Origin: a virus
IMG/VR virus record: IMGVR_UViG_3300045988_005108
Coordinates: 30,118-94,117 of that record
DNA: 64,000 nt
Direction: 5' to 3' (one strand)
This document shows positions 47,204 to 53,110 of the stretch, in pieces. The stretch's first letter is position 1. The number at the start of each line of letters is the position of its first letter. The translations under genes and the position numbers were made by a program. Below the pieces are notes generated by a model that was given only the letters and a program-made list of their open reading frames with translations, was not told the origin of the DNA and did no database searches.

Positions 47204-47635
47204 TTATTTTAATATTCTCACTTTGACTTTATCTAACTTTACCCTTCTATTATCTTTAGGATGTATAAGTATGTCAATACAGTGATTGTATCTTTTATTC
47301 ATTACATCCCTCACTTCATATACTCCATAACCTTCAATGTAGACTCTCTTAGGCTTATTCTTGGGAAATAGCCATAGTAAATCTCTTGAGACAGCACACC
47401 ATTTGATTCTATTATTCTTCAAATGATTTAGGTTAATCTTACTTCCATCTGCTGTAATAAGAGGCTGGTTATTGCATTGCTTTTTTACAGGTTGATAGTA
47501 TGTAAGAGTAACATGAGTAGTCTGTGCCTTACAATTAATTGTACCAAATAGTATAAGCATTACAATGCCTATACTATTCAGTATAAAAAACCTTAATTTG
47601 CACATTCTACTCATTGTATCTTTTATGGAATCCAT
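47204..47635 (-). CDS. 3D-domain (RlpA/MltA-like double-psi beta-barrel) cell-wall hydrolase with signal anchor
   Basis: TLTYYQP..ITADGSKI..WCAVSRDL..VYIEGYGVYEVRDVMNKRY..CIDIL follows the 3D-domain pattern; N-terminal hydrophobic helix. Confidence 0.55.
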   Translation of the reverse strand: MDSIKDTMSRMCKLRFFILNSIGIVMLILFGTINCKAQTTHVTLTYYQPVKKQCNNQPLITADGSKINLNHLKNNRIKWCAVSRDLLWLFPKNKPKRVYIEGYGVYEVRDVMNKRYNHCIDILIHPKDNRRVKLDKVKVRILK

Positions 47636-47858
47636 CTAAGAAAGTAGAGTCAAGCTCATGTCTAAGATTAAGATAATCAGACATATAATCTGAACCATCT
47701 TTATCCCAAATCCCATTGTTATCCAGTATATTATCTGAATAATTTAGGCACTTGTCCATCAATCTTATAGTGTCATTCTGCTTGGATATTATTTCACCCA
47801 TATTTAATGCTACCAGCAACAGGATGATAGATGAAAGTGTAGTTATTATCTTATACAT
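47607..47858 (-). CDS. Small protein with N-terminal TM helix (83 aa)
   Basis: LSSIILLLVALNMG helix. Confidence 0.5.
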   Translation of the reverse strand: MYKIITTLSSIILLLVALNMGEIISKQNDTIRLMDKCLNYSDNILDNNGIWDKDGSDYMSDYLNLRHELDSTFLDGFHKRYNE

Positions 47859-47954
47859 TGTATTATTTATTTAATTGTTCGTTGGTACTTTTGGCATACT
47901 CTATCAATAAATATATGAATAGGATGCCAAGAATTTGTGCGAGGATGAATAGTA

Positions 47955-48191
47955 TTATTTCCATATTATAGTCATCTCCTTTTCAAATCTGGTTACTTCA
48001 CTTGGAGTAATAGCTATCAAGTTGCCAAACACTTTTACATATGCTTGTCTCTTAACAACTATTTCTTCCTTTACTACCATTTCCATGAGTGCTTTATGAT
48101 TTTCCTTCAGCATATTCATGTGTAGTCTCTTTGATTGCTTATAGTTCTTTGAACTACAAACAGCATTTGGGTTTATTCTGTATCTTGCCAT
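47955..48191 (-). CDS. Hypothetical basic protein (78 aa)
   Basis: ORF in the co-oriented series. Confidence 0.5.
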   Translation of the reverse strand: MARYRINPNAVCSSKNYKQSKRLHMNMLKENHKALMEMVVKEEIVVKRQAYVKVFGNLIAITPSEVTRFEKEMTIIWK

Positions 48192-48194
48192 AAT

Positions 48195-48383
48195 TTAGTC
48201 CATTAAATCCCATAAATATGATTCATACTCACATGCAATTTCCTCATAGGTTAGTTTGGCATCCTCTAAATACTCTGAGAGAAAATTACTTACTTGTTGG
48301 AAATTGTTAATGTCACCATTGTATGTGACATTAAGCCACTGCTCACAGAAGTGAACAGCAGCTTTCTGGCTATTTGTGGTCAT
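48195..48383 (-). CDS. Hypothetical acidic protein (62 aa)
   Basis: 4-nt overlap with the upstream ORF. Confidence 0.5.
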   Translation of the reverse strand: MTTNSQKAAVHFCEQWLNVTYNGDINNFQQVSNFLSEYLEDAKLTYEEIACEYESYLWDLMD

Positions 48384-48571
48384 AATCCTATTCCTTTGAT
48401 AAGTTTATATGGTACATATACTGAATCACTAACAGATACTCCATGTTTGTGATACTTTATAGTATCCCATTCTGAGATACAAGCACACATATCATCTTTA
48501 CCTATTATAGTGCAAAAGCCTTTACTATTCTTCAAGACTTTCTTTATTCCTTTAATACTGCCCATACTCAA
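48380..48571 (-). CDS. Hypothetical protein (63 aa)
   Basis: 4-nt overlaps on both sides. Confidence 0.5.
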   Translation of the reverse strand: MSMGSIKGIKKVLKNSKGFCTIIGKDDMCACISEWDTIKYHKHGVSVSDSVYVPYKLIKGIGL

Positions 48572-48891
48572 TCATCATAAGGTATAACAAGAGTAAATAC
48601 AAATACATCCAAGTTCTCATCATAGGTGAATTTATAGTATGGATGAAAAGCATTAGTCATAGATGGGTGCTGTGTATTCTTTATATAATAATCACCCGCA
48701 GACCATAAATATCCTTGCTTATATCCTAACTCTTCTTCCATGATAGATACAATGGCTTTTCTTGATTTGCCATAGTTCTCTTCCTCTGTCTTGATATGAT
48801 ACACTTTGTGTTGTGTGTAATCATTGTTTGACAGTTGTGGCTGATACTCTATCTGATAAAGTATGCCATTGTAAAATGCTGGTTTGCTCAT
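48568..48891 (-). CDS. Hypothetical protein (107 aa), first gene after the 0.95-kb non-coding region
   Basis: Tyr-rich ORF. Confidence 0.55.
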   Translation of the reverse strand: MSKPAFYNGILYQIEYQPQLSNNDYTQHKVYHIKTEEENYGKSRKAIVSIMEEELGYKQGYLWSAGDYYIKNTQHPSMTNAFHPYYKFTYDENLDVFVFTLVIPYDD

Positions 48892-48920
48892 TTGATTGTT
48901 TGTTTATGGATTGATAAAAG

Positions 48921-48991
48921 GGAGGTATGATAGACTTGAACTATCATTATAACTGCAATTGAGTTATGTACTAACATTGTACTAATACCTC
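48921..48991 (-). tRNA. tRNA-like element with a non-canonical anticodon loop (CAATTGC; A33, anticodon ATT)
   Basis: GAGGTAT-TA-GTAC-AATGTTA-GTAC-A-TAACT-CAATTGC-AGTTA-TAAT-GATAG-TTCAAGT-CTATC-ATACCTC: perfect cloverleaf geometry but lacks U33. Confidence 0.4.
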
Positions 48992-49069
48992 CTAATTCCT
49001 AAATCATAATATTAGTTGCTGTCTTTTATATGCCTTAATTCTCCTAATATATTCAGTTTCAAAACCTTC

Positions 49070-49249
49070 TTACTCTCTGTGCAATTCTATGTTGATTCTG
49101 TTTCTTTCTATCATCACTAAGTCTATTGAGTAATTATTAATATCACTCTCACCACAGTCCTGTAGTAGTGTACTATTCTTTACATCTGCACCCAATTTCA
49201 GTAGCACTTCCAATATATTGGTACTCAATTGAAGACATTTTAACAACAA
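49070..49249 (-). pseudogene. Short ankyrin-repeat-like ORF or remnant (59 aa, no ATG)
   Basis: TTG-initiated frame ...NILEVLLKLGADVKNSTLLQDCGESDINN... resembles one ANK repeat (LL..GADVN); isolated in the large intergenic region. Confidence 0.25.
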
Positions 49250-49375
49250 TTAATATGTGTTTGTTTGCTTGTTAGAGTGTAGTTTTGTATTATTATTGTA
49301 ACAGTAAAAACAGTCATACATTATTGGATGATTGTTCCTTGTTGTTGATTATAATGAGGTAATAATTATGTGGTA

Positions 49376-49409
49376 GTGACATAATGTCACACATCTGACA
49401 ATATGTCAG
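49376..49409. promoter_or_regulatory. Two adjacent operator-like palindromes sharing TGACA/TGTCA half-sites
   Basis: GTGACAT-A-ATGTCAC (49376-49390) and CTGACA-ATA-TGTCAG (49395-49409), centres 19 bp apart. Confidence 0.35.
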
Positions 49410-49706
49410 TCCATTCTATTAACTCTCAGTAAATCAACAAGTTACATTCAATACAAAACAAGGAAGATAGGATATAAAGTGTATTCCACACTCTATTATC
49501 CTATCCTACTTATCCAATGTACTAAACCTCTAAATACTCTACTTACCTCTCTAATCCTCTTGTCAGGAAGAGATGTAATAGAGCATTCTTCATCTCACTC
49601 TAACCACTAACAGAATTAAATCCTATTACATATAATATAATGTGTAACATATCTTGGAGTTATACTAAGAGCATACTAATGCCTACTCATATAACTTTTA
49701 CACACA

Positions 49707-49800
49707 AATACTATTAATGTTCAAAGGATTAAACTATTAATGTTCAAGTGACTAAACACTATTACAACTAAATAAGAATTGTATTAATGCTTAAAGGAAA
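49707..49800. repeat. Imperfect direct repeats (iteron-like)
   Basis: ACTATTAATGTTCAAAGGATTAA / ACTATTAATGTTCAAGTGACTAA in tandem with 24-nt period, third degenerate copy GTATTAATGCTTAAAGGAAA at 49781. Confidence 0.5.
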
Positions 49801-49828
49801 TGAAAAGGCAAACAGGCATTCCTGCCTG
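49801..49828 (-). terminator. Probable Rho-independent terminator of the 86-aa gene
   Basis: Minus strand CAGGCA-GGAA-TGCCTG followed by TTTGCCTTTTCATTT, starting 13 nt after the stop. Confidence 0.5.
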
Positions 49829-49840
49829 CTGCCCTCATGC

Positions 49841-50101
49841 TTAGAAGCTTGCCAATGTGGGTGCTCCTCCCTGACCTTCCTCATGCAGAAGCCAGAATGA
49901 GCTACCATCAGAGCCAGTGACATTGCTCAGCATAGGATGTGAGGGGATGCCTTTGACTGCAACTGCTCCTGTCTTTGCACCATAGGTGAAGAAGAGCTTG
50001 CCTGTCTTAGGATTCTTCTTCACGTCAATGCGTGATACATTCATCTGTGCCTTGAACTGCTCTACTGTCAGAGTGTCATTGAAAATAAGATTCTTTTCCA
50101 T
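49841..50101 (-). CDS. Hypothetical protein (86 aa), apparently monocistronic and GC-richer than its surroundings
   Basis: First minus-strand gene at the divergent region; own terminator; KNPKTGKLFFTYGAKTGAVAVKG; no motif recognised. Confidence 0.6.
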   Translation of the reverse strand: MEKNLIFNDTLTVEQFKAQMNVSRIDVKKNPKTGKLFFTYGAKTGAVAVKGIPSHPMLSNVTGSDGSSFWLLHEEGQGGAPTLASF

Positions 50102-50269
50102 AATGTAAAAAGTTAATTTGTTAATAATGTTAAGACCCAGGGGTAGGACCCCCTTGGGCTAAGTGATGGGGAGGGTGTGGTTGGTGTAAGTACCACTCAT
50201 GGAAATACAATAGAAAAAAAAAAATTAAAAAAAAATTATTTTCTATGCAGTAAATTTTTCATTTATATA

Positions 50270-50301
50270 TTTGCATATATCAAAACTTTTACTTATCTTT
50301 G
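50270..50301 (+). promoter_or_regulatory. Bacteroidetes-type promoter (TTTG-N20-TAtcTTTG)
   Basis: TTTGCATATATCAAAACTTTTACTTATCTTTGCA; shares the TTACTTAnCTTTGCA core with the 54314 and 61065 promoters. Confidence 0.6.
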
Positions 50302-50593
50302 CATCCCAGTAGAGGTTAATGGTGGGTTAACCTTTCACCCATGAGGTTAAAAAGTAATGGGTCAGAAGTTGGGTTGGTATCTACAAATAGTAGAGAGATT
50401 GTCCCCAATACTACTAAAATTGCTACTATATAAATTAGATTGCATGAGCACATCCACCTGAGAAAATGCACAGGGAATCATGCTATAGGGGTATAATCAA
50501 GAACTGGTCTAATGAAGTTAGTAGTTAAAAGGAGATTAGAGATAACTCTTATGAAGCCATAACAAAGCTTCAGGGATATTACTATATACAAGA

Positions 50594-50995
50594 ATGAAGA
50601 AGATAGGTAATTATATTAAGGATTCTATTAAATGGTTATGGCAGTTTCCACAGAATATGCTTGCTTTATGTATAGAGGGTATATTGTGTCAAGCTGCATA
50701 TAGAGAAGGTAAGGCAGATGGTAATACCATTATAGTGAATAATGTTCTACCTTCAGCTATGTCATTAGGAGATTATCTCTTTGTGAATCCTATGTCATCA
50801 CAAAAGTCTATTCAACATGAATGTGGTCATAGTAAGCAATCTGATATATTAGGTCCACTATATTTGATAGTAATAGGAATCCCATCATTACTACATAATA
50901 TAATACATTATCTATGTAGTAAGATAGGAATTAAATGGAACTACTACAGTTTTTATACTGAATCTTGGGCTAACAAGTTAGTAGGAATTACTTAA
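50594..50995 (+). CDS. Small HExxH-motif protein (putative zinc metallopeptidase) with a hydrophobic C-terminal half
   Basis: IQHECGHSKQS contains HExxH; 133 aa; hydrophobic stretch GPLYLIVIGIPSLL. Confidence 0.4.
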   Translation: MKKIGNYIKDSIKWLWQFPQNMLALCIEGILCQAAYREGKADGNTIIVNNVLPSAMSLGDYLFVNPMSSQKSIQHECGHSKQSDILGPLYLIVIGIPSLLHNIIHYLCSKIGIKWNYYSFYTESWANKLVGIT

Positions 50996-51084
50996 AGAAT
51001 ATAGATTAGACCTAAATCCAAAAACCAACTTTACTCCTTCAAGACAAGAAAATGGTACTTGAATTAAAAATAATTGAGAAAAAG

Positions 51085-51116
51085 TTTGGTGGTTTCAAAC
51101 ATTTTGCTTACCTTTG
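51085..51116 (+). promoter_or_regulatory. Bacteroidetes-type promoter (TTTG-N20-TAccTTTG) upstream of the tRNA array
   Basis: TTTGGTGGTTTCAAACATTTTGCTTACCTTTGTAG. Confidence 0.55.
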
Positions 51117-51164
51117 TAGAGCAATTAAGAAAGAGAGATTGGTTTTAGGAAATTTCCATTGTTA

Positions 51165-51208
51165 GGAATGTTACTTTAACCAGTTGTTTAGAGTAACATT
51201 CCTTTTTT
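51165..51208 (+). terminator. Terminator-like hairpin between the promoter and the first tRNA
   Basis: GGAATGTTACT-N16-AGTAACATTCC (11-bp stem) followed by TTTTTT, ending 3 nt before tRNA-Gln. Confidence 0.55.
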
Positions 51209-51210
51209 AT

Positions 51211-51283
51211 TGCCCCATAGTATAGTTGGTTATTACACGGGATTTTGGCTCCTGTAACATAAGTTCGAGTCTTATTGGGGTAA
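51211..51283 (+). tRNA. tRNA-Gln(TTG)
   Basis: TGCCCCA...CGGGA-TTTTGGC-TCCTG...ATAAG-TTCGAGT-CTTAT-TGGGGTA. Confidence 0.8.
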
Positions 51284-51299
51284 CAATAGAAAGGTAAAT

Positions 51300-51371
51300 G
51301 CCCTCTTAGTTCAATGGACAGAATAAGAGACTTCTAATCTTTTGATATAGGTTCGATTCCTATAGGGGGTA
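51300..51371 (+). tRNA. tRNA-Arg(TCT)
   Basis: GCCCTCT...AGAGA-CTTCTAA-TCTTT...ATAGG-TTCGATT-CCTAT-AGGGGGT. Confidence 0.8.
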
Positions 51372-51385
51372 CTAAATAAATTAAT

Positions 51386-51748
51386 ATGAAAACATGCAGG
51401 ATATGTAATAGGAATTTAGATGATATACTATTCCCTAAAAATGGAAATGCTTTAAGGAATGTATGTAAAGAGTGCCAAACAAAAAGAGTAAGAGCAAAGC
51501 AACTGGAGTTTGTAAATTGGCTACAATCTTTGAAAACAGAATGTTCTATATGTGGGTATAAAAGATGTAAGGAGGCTTTAGAATGGCATCATACTGGAGG
51601 AGATAAGGAGTTTAATGTAAGTAAATTTGTCAATAGTAATTATCCATCACTAAAGAATAAAGAAAAAGTACTTACTGAGTTAAGTAAGTGTGTTCTAGTA
51701 TGTGCTAACTGCCACAGAGAGATACATAAAAATGTTGGGTTAGAATAG
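51386..51748 (+). CDS. HNH endonuclease inserted in the tRNA array
   Basis: Cys pairs CRIC/CKEC and CSIC; WHHTGGDKEFNV ... CANCHREIH (H-N-H); the last 15 nt overlap the 5' end of tRNA-Glu. Confidence 0.75.
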   Translation: MKTCRICNRNLDDILFPKNGNALRNVCKECQTKRVRAKQLEFVNWLQSLKTECSICGYKRCKEALEWHHTGGDKEFNVSKFVNSNYPSLKNKEKVLTELSKCVLVCANCHREIHKNVGLE

Positions 51749-51806
51749 GTGGCTAGTTCGTGAGATTTTCAATCTCAAGAGATGGGTTCGAGTCCCATAC
51801 CCAATA
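51734..51806 (+). tRNA. tRNA-Glu(TTC)
   Basis: GTTGGGT...TGAGA-TTTTCAA-TCTCA...ATGGG-TTCGAGT-CCCAT-ACCCAAT. Confidence 0.8.
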
Positions 51807-51812
51807 CAATAT

Positions 51813-51884
51813 AGAGCTATCTACTAAGGGATAGGTAACTGCCCTCTCAAGGCAGAAATTTGGGTTCAATTCCCAATAGCTCTA
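51813..51884 (+). tRNA. tRNA-Glu(CTC)
   Basis: AGAGCTA...CTGCC-CTCTCAA-GGCAG...TTGGG-TTCAATT-CCCAA-TAGCTCT. Confidence 0.8.
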
Positions 51885-51890
51885 CAACTT

Positions 51891-51963
51891 AGGGTGTGTA
51901 GCATAGTGGTTAATGTGCCTGACTGTCAATCAGGAGATTGGAGTTCAATTCTCCCACATCCTG
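51891..51963 (+). tRNA. tRNA-Asp(GTC)
   Basis: Anticodon arm CCTGA-CTGTCAA-TCAGG; acceptor helix AGGGTGTG/CACATCCT reads as 8 bp with a 4-bp T-stem GGAG-TTCAATT-CTCC. Confidence 0.7.
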
Positions 51964-52017
51964 CTAATCCACTTTTAATCTACTGAAGTCCTATCCTACA
52001 GAGGTAGGATAGGCAAT

Positions 52018-52101
52018 GGAGAGTAAACCTAAAAGGTTTAGGAACTGTCTGCTAAACAGATTGTACCAACATGGTATGTGTTTCAAGTACACTGCTCTCC
52101 G
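52018..52101 (+). tRNA. tRNA-Ser(GCT), class II
   Basis: GGAGAGT...loop CTGCTAA; long variable arm TACCA-ACA-TGGTA; T-loop TTCAAGT; acceptor 3' GCTCTCC. Confidence 0.75.
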
Positions 52102-52107
52102 CAATAT

Positions 52108-52179
52108 ATGGGTGTAATTCAGAGGTAGAATGCTGGCTTTGGGAGCCAGTTGTCCTTGGTTCAAATCCAAGTACCCATA
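52108..52179 (+). tRNA. tRNA-Pro(TGG)
   Basis: ATGGGTG...CTGGC-TTTGGGA-GCCAG...CTTGG-TTCAAAT-CCAAG-TACCCAT. Confidence 0.8.
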
Positions 52180-52182
52180 CTT

Positions 52183-52256
52183 GGGCTTTGTAGTGTAATC
52201 AGGTTAGCACAAGACATTTGCAATGTTTTAGAGGAGTTCAAATCTCACAAGGTCCA
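52183..52256 (+). tRNA. tRNA-Ala(TGC)
   Basis: GGGCTTT/AAGGTCC acceptor with G3:U70; AGACA-TTTGCAA-TGTTT; weak T-stem. Confidence 0.7.
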
Positions 52257-52362
52257 CACGATGTTTTCATGTTTTCATAATGTTGAGCTTTTGCTTGAAC
52301 CCTCTTTTGGGTAGTTAGAGGTTAAAGAAACTACCTATCTACTCTCTATCTAGAGAGTATTT

Positions 52363-52434
52363 GGGTCTTTAGTTCAAAGGTTAGAACAAGGGGCTGTTAA
52401 CCCTTAGATGTAAGTTCGAGTCTTACAGGTCCCG
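52363..52434 (+). tRNA. tRNA-Asn(GTT)
   Basis: GGGTCTT...AGGGG-CTGTTAA-CCCTT...GTAAG-TTCGAGT-CTTAC-AGGTCCC. Confidence 0.8.
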
Positions 52435-52543
52435 CAAAAACTTTTGCAAGGAGTTTAGTCAAGTAGCTTGCAATACTTGATGCCATCATTTCTGAAAGTT
52501 CTCTGAGTGCAATAAGGAGAAGTAATCAATGATTTGATGTTTT

Positions 52544-52616
52544 AGCAGGTTAGAGAAGTAGTAATCTTGCCCCACTCATAGTGGGGAGACCAGTGGTGCA
52601 AATCCACTACCTGCAA
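52544..52616 (+). tRNA. tRNA-Met/Ile2(CAT), copy 1
   Basis: AGCAGGT...CCCCA-CTCATAG-TGGGG...AGTGG-TGCAAAT-CCACT-ACCTGCA; A1:A72 mismatch. Confidence 0.7.
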
Positions 52617-52625
52617 CTAAGTAAT

Positions 52626-52698
52626 TGGGAAGTAGCTCAATTGGTAGAGCACTGGTCTCCAAAATCAGCGGTTGTGGGTTCAATTCCTACCTTCTCAG
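52626..52698 (+). tRNA. tRNA-Trp(CCA)
   Basis: TGGGAAG-TA-GCTC..GAGC-A-CTGGT-CTCCAAA-ATCAG...GTGGG-TTCAATT-CCTAC-CTTCTCA. Confidence 0.8.
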
Positions 52699-52703
52699 CA
52701 TAT

Positions 52704-52780
52704 TGGGATATATCTCCTCTGTCTGATAAGCAGTTGAAAGAGTAGTTGGTTACAGGTGAGTTCAATTCTCACTATCCCAA
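52704..52780 (+). tRNA. tRNA-like gene, anticodon undetermined (aberrant D/anticodon region)
   Basis: Perfect acceptor TGGGATA/TATCCCA and T-arm GTGAG-TTCAATT-CTCAC, but the 45 nt between do not fold into canonical D and anticodon arms. Confidence 0.4.
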
Positions 52781-52800
52781 CATTAGTCAAGAAGAGTAAA

Positions 52801-52872
52801 GTTGATGTACTTTAATGGTAGAAGGCTGCTCTCATAAGGCAGTAGTTGAAAGTTCGAGTCTTTCCATCAGCA
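52801..52872 (+). tRNA. tRNA-Met/Ile2(CAT), copy 2
   Basis: GTTGATG...CTGCT-CTCATAA-GGCAG...GAAAG-TTCGAGT-CTTTC-CATCAGC. Confidence 0.8.
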
Positions 52873-52874
52873 CT

Positions 52875-52948
52875 GTGTTAGTAGCTCAGTTAGGTAGAGC
52901 AGAGGATTGTGGCTCCTTATGGCATGGGTTCAAATCCCATCTAACACC
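52875..52948 (+). tRNA. tRNA-His(GTG)
   Basis: GTGTTAG-TA-GCTC..GAGC-A-GAGGA-TTGTGGC-TCCTT...ATGGG-TTCAAAT-CCCAT-CTAACAC. Confidence 0.8.
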
Positions 52949-52955
52949 CTAATAT

Positions 52956-53029
52956 ACTCACATAGCTCAATTGGTCAGAGCAGGAATCTTATACATTCAA
53001 GGTTAGGGGTTCAAGTCCCTTTGTGAGTA
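52956..53029 (+). tRNA. tRNA-Ile(TAT)
   Basis: ACTCACA-TA-GCTC..GAGC-A-GGAAT-CTTATAC-ATTCA...AGGGG-TTCAAGT-CCCTT-TGTGAGT. Confidence 0.75.
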
Positions 53030-53033
53030 CTAT

Positions 53034-53108
53034 CTTGGAGTACCTGAGTGGTCTAAGGGCACAGACTGCAAATCTGATGATTCGTGGGTTCAAATCCCAC
53101 CTCCAAGT
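53034..53108 (+). tRNA. tRNA-Cys(GCA)
   Basis: CTTGGAG...ACAGA-CTGCAAA-TCTGA...GTGGG-TTCAAAT-CCCAC-CTCCAAG. Confidence 0.75.
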
Positions 53109-53110
53109 CT

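Noticed and set aside
49500-52013. Identical decamer CCTATCCTAC in the intergenic inverted repeat (49466-49505) and in the 10-bp hairpin CCTATCCTAC-AGAG-GTAGGATAGG (51990-52013) inside the tRNA array.
   Set aside because: Shared 10-mers are expected many times by chance in 64 kb of AT-rich sequence. There is no further similarity in the flanks, so no link is claimed (the hairpins themselves are real).
51891-52256. Apparent 8-bp acceptor / 4-bp T-stem geometry in tRNA-Asp and tRNA-Ala (reminiscent of tRNA-Sec-type 8/4 or 9/4 stacking).
   Set aside because: This rests only on my hand-folds. A conventional 7/5 drawing with one mismatched T-stem pair is equally possible, and the anticodons are ordinary. 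It needs covariance-model folding before any claim.
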